DNA from: an uncultured Acidobacteriota bacterium
Lineage (GTDB): Bacteria > Acidobacteriota > UBA6911
Assembly (NCBI GenBank): GCA_963809485.1
Contig: CAWEJX010000021.1
Coordinates: forward strand, 32,001-96,000
Length of the DNA stretch: 64,000 nt
Direction of reading: 5' to 3'
Part shown: positions 51,545 to 61,930 of the stretch, one piece after another
How positions within the stretch are numbered: position 1 is the first letter of the stretch
Layout of the letters: each line of letters starts with the position of its first letter
Position numbers and translations under genes: made by a program
The notes under the pieces: model-generated
Database searches by the model: none
Told to the model about the DNA's origin: nothing
What the model saw: the letters and a program-made list of their open reading frames with translations, nothing else

Positions 51545-53566
51545 ATGTATCTTCTGCGACTGATTTCAATAGCGGCGCTCCTTCCGCTGGCGGCATGCGC
51601 CCAAACCGCGTCCCAGACCGGCATCCAGTCGGCAGACATCAACCGAAGCGTCAGTCCGTGTGTCGACTTCTATGATTATGCGAACGGGGCCTGGCGCGAG
51701 CAAAATCCCATTCCGGCCTCCATGGACCGGTGGAGCCGCCGCTGGCAGGCCGGGGAGAACAACAAGGAACAGCTCAGAACCATTCTCGAGGAGGTATCGC
51801 AAAAAACCGGCTGGCCCGCAGGCAGCATCGAGCAGCTGATCGGAGACCATTACGCCTCGTGCATGAGCGAAACTCGCATCAATGAATTGGGCATCAAGCC
51901 TCTCGAGCCGATGCTGCGCCGGATTGACGCAATCCGGAGCTTTGCCGATGTGCAGCGCGTCATCGGCGAGCTGCATGCGATGGGCGTGTTCGTCCCCTTC
52001 GGGCTGTTCGGCCAGTCCGATAATCACAATCCCGGCGAGGTGATCGCCTATGTGTCCGCAGGCGGGCTCGGGTTGCCGGACCGTGACTACTATCTGAAAC
52101 CGGAGCCGCGTTTTCGGGAGGCACGGGAGCGCTATGTCCACCACGTCGGCCGCATGTTCATGCTGGCAGGATCCGCGGCAGCGCAGGCAAAAGCAGCCGC
52201 GGACACCGTGTTCGCGGTCGAGAAAGGCCTCGCTCAGGCGTCTCTCGACAACGTTGCCCTGCGCGATCCCCAGGCCACCGACCACAAAACCAGCTTCGAC
52301 AGCCTGAGGAAAATGACGCCGGCGTTCGATTGGGACGCCTACTTCTCCGGAGCGCAGCTTCCCAAGGCGGACCTCAACGTGGATCAGCCCAAATTCATGG
52401 CCGAACTCCAGCGTCAGTTCGCGAAAACACCTCCGGCCCATTGGAAGGTATATCTGAAATGGCATCTGCTGGCTGCGGCCGCGCCCTGGCTTTCGCAGCC
52501 GTTCGTCGACGAGTCGTTCGATTTCAACGACAGGTATCTGAAGGGCCTCCAGGAGAAAAAACCGAGGTGGAAACGGTGCGTCGAGAACACCGACGAACTG
52601 CTCGGCGAGGCGCTCGGCCCGAAGTACGTCGAACGCTATTTCCCGCCGGCGGCGAAAGCCCGGGCCCAGGAAATGGCGCAAAACCTTCTGGCGGCGATGA
52701 AAGACACCATCAACGGGCTCGCATGGATGAGCCCGGCCACCAAACAGAAAGCTCTGGAGAAGCTGGCTACGTTCAATCCCAAGATCGGCTATCCCGACAA
52801 ATGGAAGGATTACGGCAAGGTCAGGATCACGCGCGCGTCGTTTTGGGATAACTTCATTGAAGGCAACCGGTTTAATATCGAGGACAACCATTCGCAGATC
52901 GGCAAGCCGGTTGACCGCGGCCGCTGGGACATGACGCCGCCCACCTCGAATGCATACTACAATCCGCTGTTGAATGAGATCGTGTTTCCCGCGGGAATAC
53001 TTCAGCCGCCGGCCTTCGACATCAATGCGGCCGACGCGGTGAATTACGGCGCCATCGGCGTGGTGATCGGCCACGAGATCAGCCACGGTTTCGACGATCA
53101 GGGCGCCCAATACGACGCCCAGGGGCGCCTGGAGAACTGGTGGACCGCCGAAGACCTGAAAAATTTCCGGGCGCGCGGCGAGTGCGTGGCGGACCAGTTC
53201 GAAAATTATTACATTGAGCCCGGCATCCATCACAACGGCAAGCTGGTGCTGGGCGAAGCCATCGGCGATCTGGCCGGCGTTAAAATTGCGTCCCTGGCAT
53301 TTCAGAAAGCCCGTCAAAAGAGTCCGGCGCCCGACCTTGACGGCTTCAACCCGATGCAGCAGTTCTACATCGCCTGGGGACAGTTCCGCGGCGACGCGAC
53401 CCGTCCCGAGACCCAGAGGTTGATGGTGCAGGGCGATCCCCACCCGGTGGCCAAGTACCGGGTTATTGGGCCCGTTTCGAATCTGCCGCAATTCCAGGAA
53501 GCATTTCAGTGCAGGGACGTCGCTCCCATGGTGCGCCCTCCTGCAAAGCGCTGCGAAGTGTGGTGA
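51545..53566 (+). CDS. M13 family metallopeptidase (neprilysin/PepO-like), probable lipoprotein
   Basis: LAAC lipobox, DFYDYANG, NAYY, GHEISHGFDDQG, GEAIGD. Confidence 0.96.
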   Translation: MYLLRLISIAALLPLAACAQTASQTGIQSADINRSVSPCVDFYDYANGAWREQNPIPASMDRWSRRWQAGENNKEQLRTILEEVSQKTGWPAGSIEQLIGDHYASCMSETRINELGIKPLEPMLRRIDAIRSFADVQRVIGELHAMGVFVPFGLFGQSDNHNPGEVIAYVSAGGLGLPDRDYYLKPEPRFREARERYVHHVGRMFMLAGSAAAQAKAAADTVFAVEKGLAQASLDNVALRDPQATDHKTSFDSLRKMTPAFDWDAYFSGAQLPKADLNVDQPKFMAELQRQFAKTPPAHWKVYLKWHLLAAAAPWLSQPFVDESFDFNDRYLKGLQEKKPRWKRCVENTDELLGEALGPKYVERYFPPAAKARAQEMAQNLLAAMKDTINGLAWMSPATKQKALEKLATFNPKIGYPDKWKDYGKVRITRASFWDNFIEGNRFNIEDNHSQIGKPVDRGRWDMTPPTSNAYYNPLLNEIVFPAGILQPPAFDINAADAVNYGAIGVVIGHEISHGFDDQGAQYDAQGRLENWWTAEDLKNFRARGECVADQFENYYIEPGIHHNGKLVLGEAIGDLAGVKIASLAFQKARQKSPAPDLDGFNPMQQFYIAWGQFRGDATRPETQRLMVQGDPHPVAKYRVIGPVSNLPQFQEAFQCRDVAPMVRPPAKRCEVW

Positions 53567-53595
53567 AAAGCCTGGAAGCAAAGGGGAATCGAGAA

Positions 53596-54534
53596 ATGTC
53601 TTTACCCTCACTAACCGTGGTTCTGGTGACTCAGAATGCGCAGAATAGAATTCCGCGGGTGCTGGACGCCCTGGCCAAACAAACCGTTGCCGCCGAATTG
53701 GAAGTCTTCATTGTGTACATTGCTCCGGCACACCCGGCGCCTGTATCGCCCGACGGGCTTCGTGTCATCCCGGTCGATCAAAGCAACATCATCAATATGG
53801 GGCAGGCCCGCGCCGAGGCAGTACGACGCGCCAACGCCCTCTGGATTGCGTTCCTCGAGGACCACACCCTCCCAAGCCCCGGCTGGGCGCAAGCGGTTTG
53901 CGAAGCCTTCCGCGAAGATCCGGAAGCCGATGCCATCTCCTACTCTTTTACCAACGGCAGCCCGGATACATATTTCTACCGATCGGTCTTCATGGCGGAG
54001 TATGGCGCCCTCGCCCATCCGTTGCGCGAAGGGATGGCGCCGGCCATGGCCGCAAATAATGTTGCCTACCGCCGCGATACGCTGCGGAAGATGAGCGATG
54101 ATCTCGATTCCCTGCTCGAGATCGACTACTTTCTGCAAAAAGCACTGGGCAGCGGCTTCCGCACTGCGACCGCGCCGCGCGCGCTCCTCGCGCACCAGAC
54201 GAACAGGCATGCGGGAGATCTGCTGCGAGGCCATTTTATCTATGCGCAGCTTTTTGCGCTCCGGCGCCTGCAGTTTGAAAACTGGAGTCTTCCCAAAAGG
54301 CTCGCGGGTGCAGCCGCGGTGCCGGTCCTTGTGCCGCTGCTGAGAATCAAAAGGCTCTTTCAGGCAGTTTCCGGAGGGCCGAATGTCTCCCGCACGATGG
54401 CAGGGCTGCCCGTAATCCTGCTCCTCTACTGTGCCGGCGCGCTTGGCGAGGCATGGGGTTTGCTGCATCGACAGGCGGATCCCGAAAAGCGGCTCATTTG
54501 GCTGGAACTGGCATCGGAGAGAATTTCGGGATGA
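53596..54534 (+). CDS. Glycosyltransferase family 2
   Basis: LTVVLVT, IAFLEDH (variant DxD), NNVAYRR. Confidence 0.8.
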   Translation: MSLPSLTVVLVTQNAQNRIPRVLDALAKQTVAAELEVFIVYIAPAHPAPVSPDGLRVIPVDQSNIINMGQARAEAVRRANALWIAFLEDHTLPSPGWAQAVCEAFREDPEADAISYSFTNGSPDTYFYRSVFMAEYGALAHPLREGMAPAMAANNVAYRRDTLRKMSDDLDSLLEIDYFLQKALGSGFRTATAPRALLAHQTNRHAGDLLRGHFIYAQLFALRRLQFENWSLPKRLAGAAAVPVLVPLLRIKRLFQAVSGGPNVSRTMAGLPVILLLYCAGALGEAWGLLHRQADPEKRLIWLELASERISG

Positions 54535-55445
54535 TTGAGCCTCAGAGTCCTTTTGTATCAGTCATAATCCCGGGCTACTATTCCGCAGGTACGCTGGCCG
54601 AATGTCTGGACGCACTGCGCGGACAGATCTATCGCAGGTTTGAGGTTATCCTGATCAACTCTTCTCAGGAGACCGGCACGCAGGCCCTGGTTTGCGCACG
54701 CTATCCCGAGGTGCTTTTTGTGCAGCAGCCGCAGCGCCTGCTCCCGCATGCGGCGCGCAACCGCGGCGCGGCCCTTGCCCGCGGCGATCTGCTTGTGTTT
54801 ACCGATCCGGATTGCAGCGCAGATCCGCATTGGCTCGAGCGCCTGGTTCTGGCCTTTTCCGAAAACCGGCAAGCGCTGGTTGGGGCAATGGATATTGCCC
54901 GCCCTGATCTTTGGGAGAAGGCCATTCACCTAGTGAAATTTCACTGGTTGTTGCCGAGTCTGGATGCCCGGGTCAAATCGTGCGCGCCGACATCGAATGC
55001 CGCTTACGGCCGTCGGCTTTGGGAAAAAATAGGGCCCTTCCCAGGCGAATATTTTGCCGGCGACGGAATCCTGAGCTATCGCGCGGCGATGGCCGGCCAT
55101 GCGCCGCGGTTCGTTCCTTCCGCCATCGTCCGGCACCGGCACCTAAATTCGGCAATGGAGCTGGCTCGACAGCGATTCTCGCGCGGCCGTGATTTTGCCC
55201 GTGCCCAGCAGCGCGAAATGGCGCCGCCCGGATTATACGACTGGATGCGCCTGATTTTCAGCTGGGCTTCTCTCCCGATTTTGATGGCGCGCGCCGCAGG
55301 CGACGCCTGCCGCAGCGGATGGGCGCGGCCGTTTCTGTTGACGCTTCCCGTTCAGGTAATGGGCCACGGCATGTGGGCGCTGGGAGAAAGCTGCGGCGCT
55401 TTGGCAGCAGCATTCACACGAATTTTGTCATCCGGTGAAAAATGA
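54531..55445 (+). CDS. Glycosyltransferase family 2
   Basis: VSVIIP, AARNRG, VFTDPDC. Confidence 0.9.
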   Translation: MIEPQSPFVSVIIPGYYSAGTLAECLDALRGQIYRRFEVILINSSQETGTQALVCARYPEVLFVQQPQRLLPHAARNRGAALARGDLLVFTDPDCSADPHWLERLVLAFSENRQALVGAMDIARPDLWEKAIHLVKFHWLLPSLDARVKSCAPTSNAAYGRRLWEKIGPFPGEYFAGDGILSYRAAMAGHAPRFVPSAIVRHRHLNSAMELARQRFSRGRDFARAQQREMAPPGLYDWMRLIFSWASLPILMARAAGDACRSGWARPFLLTLPVQVMGHGMWALGESCGALAAAFTRILSSGEK

Positions 55446-56686
55446 AGATATGCATGATCACAAGTTTTTTTGGTCGGCATAGCTTCGGCGGCGATTCGGT
55501 TTATATCGAACGGCTGAGCCGGGCGCTTTTACGCCGCGGCCATGAAGTGCGAGTCGTTTACAGTTCCGGCGCTTTCGAACTCGCGCGGGGTTCCCAGCCT
55601 CAGCGCAACTATGAGGCTCCGCCGGAACTCTTCATTCATGACATCGGGGCCGGGATCAGGGGCAAAATTGCCGCTTTATGGAATCATCAGACCGGCGGTT
55701 CGGGCTTGAGACTGCAGCCTCTGGGGGCCTGGCTGGAAAACCACTCATTCGACTTGATCCACCTGCACAATGTATCCCTGCTCGGAGGCAGGGCTTTGCC
55801 ATCTATGCTGAAGCGGCAGGCGCAGGCGGTAAAATTCGTGACCGCACACGATTATTGGTGGATCTGCCCGCAGAACCTTTTATGGAAATATGGCCGCAGG
55901 GTTTGTGATGCCTGCGCCTGCAAATCCTGCGCTCTGATTTCCCGCCGCCCTCCTCAGCTGTGGCGCCGCCGGGAGTGGTTTAACCGGGCCCTGTCTCTCA
56001 CCGACGCGGTTCTGTTCCCCAGCCGGCTTGCGATGGAGCTTTACCGAAGCCGCGGCCTCAGGCACCCGACACAGTATGTCCTGCCGGGGCTCCTGGCGAA
56101 CGACTGGAGGGCGGCTCCTCATCCGGACGATGCGTCCACAGGCGGTCCAGACCGCCCGTATTTTACATGCGCCGGGCGCCTGGTCATGGAGAAAGGATTC
56201 CAGACCCTCATTCCCCTAATGCAGCAATTCCCGGATATGGATTTGCGCATTGCCGGAAGCGGACCGGCGGAGCGTGTACTGAAGCGGCTTGCGCGCTCCC
56301 TGCCCAATGTAAAATTCGAGGGTTTGCTGAACCATGATCAGCTTCGTCTGCTGTTTCTTCACGCCCGGGCCATCCTGGTGCCTTCACTGTTCCCCGAGAC
56401 CTTCGGCCTGGTTGCCGCCGAGGCAATGAGTCTTGGCATTCCGGTGATCGCCCGAAACCGAGGTGCGCTGCCGGAACTCATTGCCGCTGCCTCGGGCGGA
56501 TGGCTGTTCGACGGAGAGGATCAGCTTGGAGAACGGATGCGGCGCATTGCATCCGGCGGGGACTTCGCCGGCAGGCCAAGCCGGTTGGGATCTGCTCAAA
56601 TACCATGCGTGTGGTTTGAAGAAGATCATACGGAAGCGTATCTCAGGCTATATGCGACGCTTCGCGGGGAGGCTGCAACGGCATGA
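55442..56686 (+). CDS. Glycosyltransferase family 4
   Basis: TAHDYWWICP, GRLVMEKG, ETFGLVAAEAM. Confidence 0.93.
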   Translation: MKICMITSFFGRHSFGGDSVYIERLSRALLRRGHEVRVVYSSGAFELARGSQPQRNYEAPPELFIHDIGAGIRGKIAALWNHQTGGSGLRLQPLGAWLENHSFDLIHLHNVSLLGGRALPSMLKRQAQAVKFVTAHDYWWICPQNLLWKYGRRVCDACACKSCALISRRPPQLWRRREWFNRALSLTDAVLFPSRLAMELYRSRGLRHPTQYVLPGLLANDWRAAPHPDDASTGGPDRPYFTCAGRLVMEKGFQTLIPLMQQFPDMDLRIAGSGPAERVLKRLARSLPNVKFEGLLNHDQLRLLFLHARAILVPSLFPETFGLVAAEAMSLGIPVIARNRGALPELIAAASGGWLFDGEDQLGERMRRIASGGDFAGRPSRLGSAQIPCVWFEEDHTEAYLRLYATLRGEAATA

Positions 56687-57597
56687 GCTTACGCGCCATC
56701 TATCTCAAGGCGCTTGGACGGATGCCGGTGCTGTGGCGCCGCCGGCTGGAGATGTTGCCGCTGCACGTTTTTCGGTCCCAGCATGAGCGTGAATGCCGCC
56801 GTGCGTGGCGTTCGGGGCCTCCCTATCGCCCATCTCACAAGCGGATCCTGATTGACATTACTTTCGACTGCAACCTGGGATGTGTGGACTGCAACCGCTC
56901 CGCCGGCCACAGCCAGGCGCCATCCCCCGATTACATGACGACGGACCAGATACACAGATTTGTGGCCGAAAGCCTGGCGCAGAACCGCCAATGGGAAGCA
57001 ATTCAGATCGAAGGAGGAGAACCGACGCTCCATCCGCAGTTCGAAGAGATCATAGAAATTCTGGACCAATACCGGCGCCGGCATCTGGCCTCGGCGTGGA
57101 TTCAAATCAATACCAACGGCTATCCAGGTCCCCGGCAAGGTCTGCTTTCACGCCTGCCGCCCGGAATCGATGTTTACTCCTCGAATAAGAAGGGGCCGCT
57201 GCAGGCGCTGCACTGCGCATTCAACGTTGCGCCCATAGATCTGCCGGAATATTCCGGAATGGACTACTCAGAGGGATGCTTCCAGCCGGCCCAATACGGG
57301 CTGGGTCTGAACCGATACGGATATTACCCGCATCCGGCATGCGGCTGCATCGACCGCGTATTCGGTTTCGACATAGGGCGCAAAACACTCCCTTCGGTTC
57401 GGGATGATCTGCGCGATCAGTTCGCGCGGCTGTGCGGCTATTGCGGCTGTTTCCGCCGTTTCAGCCGCCGGGTCCGGCATGAATATGATCTGCATCCAAC
57501 GTCCGCGGAAATCGCATTTCGCGGGCAAATTTCCGACAGCTGGCGCGATGCGTACCGCCGCTACCGGGAGTTCCCGCCCCATCTCAGTTTGTATTGA
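56683..57597 (+). CDS. Radical SAM protein
   Basis: CNLGCVDC CxxxCxxC, GGEPTLHP, TNG; extra C-terminal cysteines. Confidence 0.9.
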   Translation: MSLRAIYLKALGRMPVLWRRRLEMLPLHVFRSQHERECRRAWRSGPPYRPSHKRILIDITFDCNLGCVDCNRSAGHSQAPSPDYMTTDQIHRFVAESLAQNRQWEAIQIEGGEPTLHPQFEEIIEILDQYRRRHLASAWIQINTNGYPGPRQGLLSRLPPGIDVYSSNKKGPLQALHCAFNVAPIDLPEYSGMDYSEGCFQPAQYGLGLNRYGYYPHPACGCIDRVFGFDIGRKTLPSVRDDLRDQFARLCGYCGCFRRFSRRVRHEYDLHPTSAEIAFRGQISDSWRDAYRRYREFPPHLSLY

Positions 57598-57732
57598 TTT
57601 TTCCGTATCCGCTGCGTCGCGATCATCCGTGCGAGGCTGTTCTGCCGATATGGGCAAAAGAGTCGCGGGCAGCCGGCTTGGATAAATTGCACCCGTGATA
57701 TATTGGACTCCAAGCCCTCCTAAGGAACCTGA

Positions 57733-57990
57733 ATGGGGATGGAATTTTTGGGCGACAAAAATAGATTCTGCAAATGGTATTTGAAGCGCATCACGGTAAT
57801 TCTGGCTTTGTTTTTTGTGCTGGGACCCGTAGGGCTGCCGCTGCTTTACCGCAGCCCCCATTTTGGCAAGGCATCCAAAATAATCCTGACCGTTGCTGTA
57901 GTTGTTTATACAGCCTATCTTACCTACGCATCATGGGAGTTGATACGGTTGCTTTGGGACATAATCGGAACCCTGCAGCAACAGCCCTAA
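57733..57990 (+). CDS. Small membrane protein
   Basis: KWY...LGPVGLPLLYRSP.F motif, two TMs. Confidence 0.7.
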   Translation: MGMEFLGDKNRFCKWYLKRITVILALFFVLGPVGLPLLYRSPHFGKASKIILTVAVVVYTAYLTYASWELIRLLWDIIGTLQQQP

Positions 57991-58040
57991 CCCAATGGGG
58001 GATCCACCGGCCGTGCCGGTGAAGCAGTATCAGTTTGACA

Positions 58041-58258
58041 GTCAGGCACCTCCGGCAAAGCCGGAGGCTTGAACGATTGGAACCGCTCAAAGCGGTTGGA
58101 GGAGTTACGCTGGTCTTGAACGCTGACCTGGGCGGGCAAAAGCCGACTCTCGCCGAACAAATTGGTGTTTGTCAGCGCTTTTGTCAGCGTATCTCAGCGT
58201 TTCAAAATACGGAGCTGTCAAACTCTATGAGTCCCCGGGCAGAGCCGGGTTTACCAAT
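58041..58258 (-). mobile_element. Non-autonomous IS200/IS605-like element, copy 3
   Basis: Homologous to 32527, 48843, 63384 copies. Confidence 0.75.
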
Positions 58259-58598
58259 AGAATTTCCGGAGCATGCCTTTTCCCCGGCAACCAAACCTGA
58301 ATACCGAATTTCGAATGTCGAACCGCAGAAGTTTAGGCCGGCCTTCGAAATTCATCATTTGTTATTCAATATTGTGCGGTTCCAATAGCTTTAAATATAT
58401 CTATAGCCCATGAAACTTATTTAATTTCACATCGGTTGCAGTCAAACCCCTTTGAGGGGCCAGCAGGCATAAAGCCTCCGTCTCTGCCGAGCGATATTTG
58501 CTCCGAAAACGGGTCGCACCGGGAGCGGCCGCCTGTCCTTTCAGTCCCTGAATAGCTCTTGACCCAATACCTTATTATCCATTATACTATGCATTACC

Positions 58599-59003
58599 AT
58601 GTACCGAAACGAGGAAGTGGAGAATAAGGTTACTCAGCTGCGCAAAGGAATCCTGGAACTGGCGATTCTTTCGGCGCTCTATCGGGATACTCATTACGGG
58701 TACTCGCTGGTGCGCAAGATGACTGAAGCCGGGACGCTCGAGATGAAGGAAGGAACCATATATCCAATTCTCTCCCGCCTGGCCAAAGAAGGACTGGTAC
58801 GCACCGAATGGGTGGAATCCAGGCAAGGCCCCCCGCGCAAATACTATTCTCTGACGGCAGCCGGCCGGGTCATGTGCGAAGGGCTTGCGGACGAATTCAG
58901 CCGCCTTGTGAAACTGGTACGGGCGGCAGGCCATGATAGGAGCTTTGAATCTGAACACGCATCCGACAAGAAAAACATAAATCCGAGGCAAGACAATGAG
59001 TGA
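58599..59003 (+). CDS. PadR family transcriptional regulator
   Basis: QLRKGILEL, YGY, EGTIYPILSRL, PPRKYY. Confidence 0.95.
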   Translation: MYRNEEVENKVTQLRKGILELAILSALYRDTHYGYSLVRKMTEAGTLEMKEGTIYPILSRLAKEGLVRTEWVESRQGPPRKYYSLTAAGRVMCEGLADEFSRLVKLVRAAGHDRSFESEHASDKKNINPRQDNE

Positions 59004-59727
59004 CGAACTGCCGCCAACCGCAGCAAAAATTGCGGAGGATTATCTGGATCGCCTATCGGGCCGTTTGAGGGGCATGCCCCTGAATGACCGGCGCGAATTG
59101 CTGGATGAGATCCGATCGCATATCTACGATTCCTACATGAACGAAGGCGCAGGCGATGAAGTTGAGCGTATTCTCAGCGTCCTGAGGAGGTTTGGCGATC
59201 CGGCCGACATTCTTTCCAGCCGGATGCCGCAGGCAGTCGGGCGCCTGGGCAAAGGCAAAAAGGCGCCGCTGTATATCCTGGCCGGATTTCTGATAGCGCT
59301 GTTCGGAGTTCCTCTGGGGCTGGGGGCCATCGCGCTGCTGATGGGATTAATGACCGCCCTTCTGGCACTGTTGATAGCATTCTACGGGGCCGGGGTATCG
59401 CTGGTGGTCAGCGGATTCTTCGCATTTGTGATCTGTCTCATCGCCGCCACATCGCCGGAGCTTTTAACCCTCATCAACAATGTTGCGGGTACGGAGATCG
59501 TAAGTTTCGGGCCATTTGCGCATGATCCGCAATTGGCCGGTATTCTGGGCCTGATAGCTTCCCTGCTTGTGGTAGGGCTGGGATTGCTGATGCTATGGTC
59601 GGGGAAATATATCTGGCGCGGATTCCGCTTTGTCGGCCTTCTCATCCTCCAGAACATAAAAAAAGCATTCGAGCGCCTGGTCCAATCAAGACCGAAGCAT
59701 GCCGGAATGAACTCCGGGCTCCCCTGA
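58996..59727 (+). CDS. DUF1700/HAAS membrane protein
   Basis: YLDRL..L..MP..DR.ELLDEIRSH, FGDP, followed by TMs; coupled to padR. Confidence 0.85.
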   Translation: MSDELPPTAAKIAEDYLDRLSGRLRGMPLNDRRELLDEIRSHIYDSYMNEGAGDEVERILSVLRRFGDPADILSSRMPQAVGRLGKGKKAPLYILAGFLIALFGVPLGLGAIALLMGLMTALLALLIAFYGAGVSLVVSGFFAFVICLIAATSPELLTLINNVAGTEIVSFGPFAHDPQLAGILGLIASLLVVGLGLLMLWSGKYIWRGFRFVGLLILQNIKKAFERLVQSRPKHAGMNSGLP

Positions 59728-59768
59728 CTTGATTTCGCGATCAGCGAATATCCGGTTATAGCTTAATC

Positions 59769-59795
59769 GGACGGGTCTGGAGACCCGTCCTCACG
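59769..59795. repeat. Short palindrome (REP-like or bidirectional terminator)
   Basis: GGACGGGTCTGGAGACCCGTCC between convergent genes. Confidence 0.55.
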
Positions 59796-59937
59796 AAAAT
59801 AAACTCAACTCCGGATTGCGCGGCTTCACGATACGCTGCCATCAACAAGATCTGCTCGTCGAGGAAAGCCGCCGGGATGCCGAGCCAATCCATCGGGTTT
59901 GCCTTTTCGGCAACCCGTTCCGGAAAACGGACCGGAT

Positions 59938-60717
59938 TTATTGCTTCTTCTTCCCTTTCGGCGGTTCGCTGTACGGTTGGTAGCTCGCGTCCGCCCGATC
60001 GATGTCCTCCTTCGATAGTTCGTGCGCCGAATCAAGAAAATCACTCAGCCGCGCGGCCCAGCCGTCAAAGGCTTCCTTCGCCGCAGCAGATTTTTCCTCA
60101 CGGGAGAAATTCTCCGATCCCACCACCGCGCCCGCGCCCAGGTTGTGCTGGTCTACCGCCGCAGCGATTTGTTCGCCTGTTACCGAATCTACCATCTCCA
60201 TTTCAACACCCACTTTGCCTATATCGACTGCGCGCTCAAGCGCATCGCCTCCGGCATTGCCGCCGGCTGTTTCGCCGGCCACATCGACACCAATGAGCGC
60301 TGTGCGCAGCCGCAGAACCAGCGGTCCTGGTTCCTGAACGACCGGGAAACGATCGCTGATCACCTTGGTAATGGCATGTTGAAAGTATGCAGCGACTGCC
60401 TTGCGTCCCCGGTCCGGCATCTTGGAGGGATCGGCGTTCGAGGCAAGGTAGAGTTCCACGGGTTCGATAATCACCGCGAAATACTGGTGAATATTCTGCG
60501 TATCATCCTGTTTCACGTACGACAGAGTATTTTCAAAAGCCGGATTCGGCTTGAGATTATCGTAATTGCTCAGGAATCCTGCGAACTTCGCGCCCGGCTC
60601 AAGCTTCTTCACCGCTGCCGGCTCCGGCTTCCTGGCACACCCTGCGATCATTCCCAAAAGCAGCAGGATCAGGCTTCCCAGCACGAGGCTTTCGATCTTG
60701 GTTCGCTTTTTTAGCAT
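59938..60717 (-). CDS. DUF3313 family lipoprotein
   Basis: IAGC lipobox, GFLSNYDNL, PGP.VLRLR.A, DSVTGEQIAAAVD. Confidence 0.85.
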   Translation of the reverse strand: MLKKRTKIESLVLGSLILLLLGMIAGCARKPEPAAVKKLEPGAKFAGFLSNYDNLKPNPAFENTLSYVKQDDTQNIHQYFAVIIEPVELYLASNADPSKMPDRGRKAVAAYFQHAITKVISDRFPVVQEPGPLVLRLRTALIGVDVAGETAGGNAGGDALERAVDIGKVGVEMEMVDSVTGEQIAAAVDQHNLGAGAVVGSENFSREEKSAAAKEAFDGWAARLSDFLDSAHELSKEDIDRADASYQPYSEPPKGKKKQ

Positions 60718-60774
60718 GATACCTCCTAAATAATAACCTTAACACCCGAATGCATCAGGCTTGGCGGATTCAGC

Positions 60775-61617
60775 CTATTTCTCAGTCGAGCTTTGCACAC
60801 GCAAAAGATTGATGACCTTGAATACGCCTCGCACGGAATTGGTTTGGATATAGGCCATGTCGGAATCAGCCTTGTTTATCACCGTGCCCAGCAGGACCAC
60901 CTGGCCATTTTTCACAATAATTCTTATATCCGAACCTGTTCTCCAAAAATATTTGGAAAGTTGTCGCTGCAAGGCTGCCCTGGTTGCCGCGCGGATTTCC
61001 ATGTCAAATCGGCCCACGGGCAGCACCTCGACGTTGTTGATGACCGTTTCCACACCGGGGACGCGTTTCACCATGTTGTAGGCATCGTTTCGATTGCTTG
61101 GCCTCACGGTCCAGCCGGTCAGAATCACATCAACTCCCGATAGGCTGAAAGAGACGAAATCGTAGGTGGTGATATAGGGCATCATCGCCAATTCGTGGCG
61201 GACCTTTTCCCAGGTTTGGGGGTCCGCCTTTGTCCGGCTGTCCTCATCCAGCAGCCTGCGGTCCGGATCACCCGCCGGAATGGAAGCAGCCTCTATCGCT
61301 TTTACGTTTTCGAGCTTCATGCTTCCAGACTTGGCCTTAATCTCCCCCGACGCCTCAGCAAGTTGGCCCACAAGCGGTCTGAGCAGTTTCTGCTTGTTCA
61401 CTCCAAAGACCATATTGTTATTCAGCTGGACCAGGACCAAATCAGCATCTTCCTTGCTTGTGCGTTGACTGCATTCGATGCGGGAGGGCGTGATGGAACC
61501 GATCATGAGACGAGCGCACGGGTCCGTATCCACGTATGCCCGGAAGGTCGATATCTCCTCCGCCCAGACTACACATTGACACCAAAAGACAACTGTCATT
61601 ATCAGCGCAATTTTCAT
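60775..61617 (-). CDS. BON domain protein
   Basis: Signal peptide; VILTGW...VPGVETVINN and VKNGQVVLLG...VRGVFKVINLL BON repeats. Confidence 0.9.
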   Translation of the reverse strand: MKIALIMTVVFWCQCVVWAEEISTFRAYVDTDPCARLMIGSITPSRIECSQRTSKEDADLVLVQLNNNMVFGVNKQKLLRPLVGQLAEASGEIKAKSGSMKLENVKAIEAASIPAGDPDRRLLDEDSRTKADPQTWEKVRHELAMMPYITTYDFVSFSLSGVDVILTGWTVRPSNRNDAYNMVKRVPGVETVINNVEVLPVGRFDMEIRAATRAALQRQLSKYFWRTGSDIRIIVKNGQVVLLGTVINKADSDMAYIQTNSVRGVFKVINLLRVQSSTEK

Positions 61618-61930
61618 TGTCAGCTCTCCTTTTGCGGTTCGCCTCTCAGCGGAGTGTCCCAACGGCATCCAATGCGGCCGGCCACTTACGGCTAGAGAAC
61701 AAAGAATGCGATCCGCATGATCTCTTCAGCGTTCAATGTCGCACTTCAGTGGTTCAAACGCCTATTTCCACACGTTACATCATCAGTAGAATCGAAAAGA
61801 AGCTGTAAGAATTGACAGGCCCCTCGAATAAGGGGATGGGCCGAGCACTCCCCCGATTTTATGTGCCTGGAATAATGCCAATCCGCCAGAAAAACCGGGA
61901 ATTACGTGGCCTGGGCCCCTATTTTCTTCA

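Noticed and set aside
51566-53611. 681-aa antisense ORF
   Set aside because: Mirror of the high-GC M13 peptidase; no motifs. The same applies to 619-2019, 4987-5928, 13505-14455, 22418-23875 and 46739-47848.
58035-58388. Small recurring ORFs (LRQSRRLERLEPLKAVG...) at 32530, 48879, 58035, 63230
   Set aside because: Translations of the repeated hairpin element; frames are not conserved among copies.
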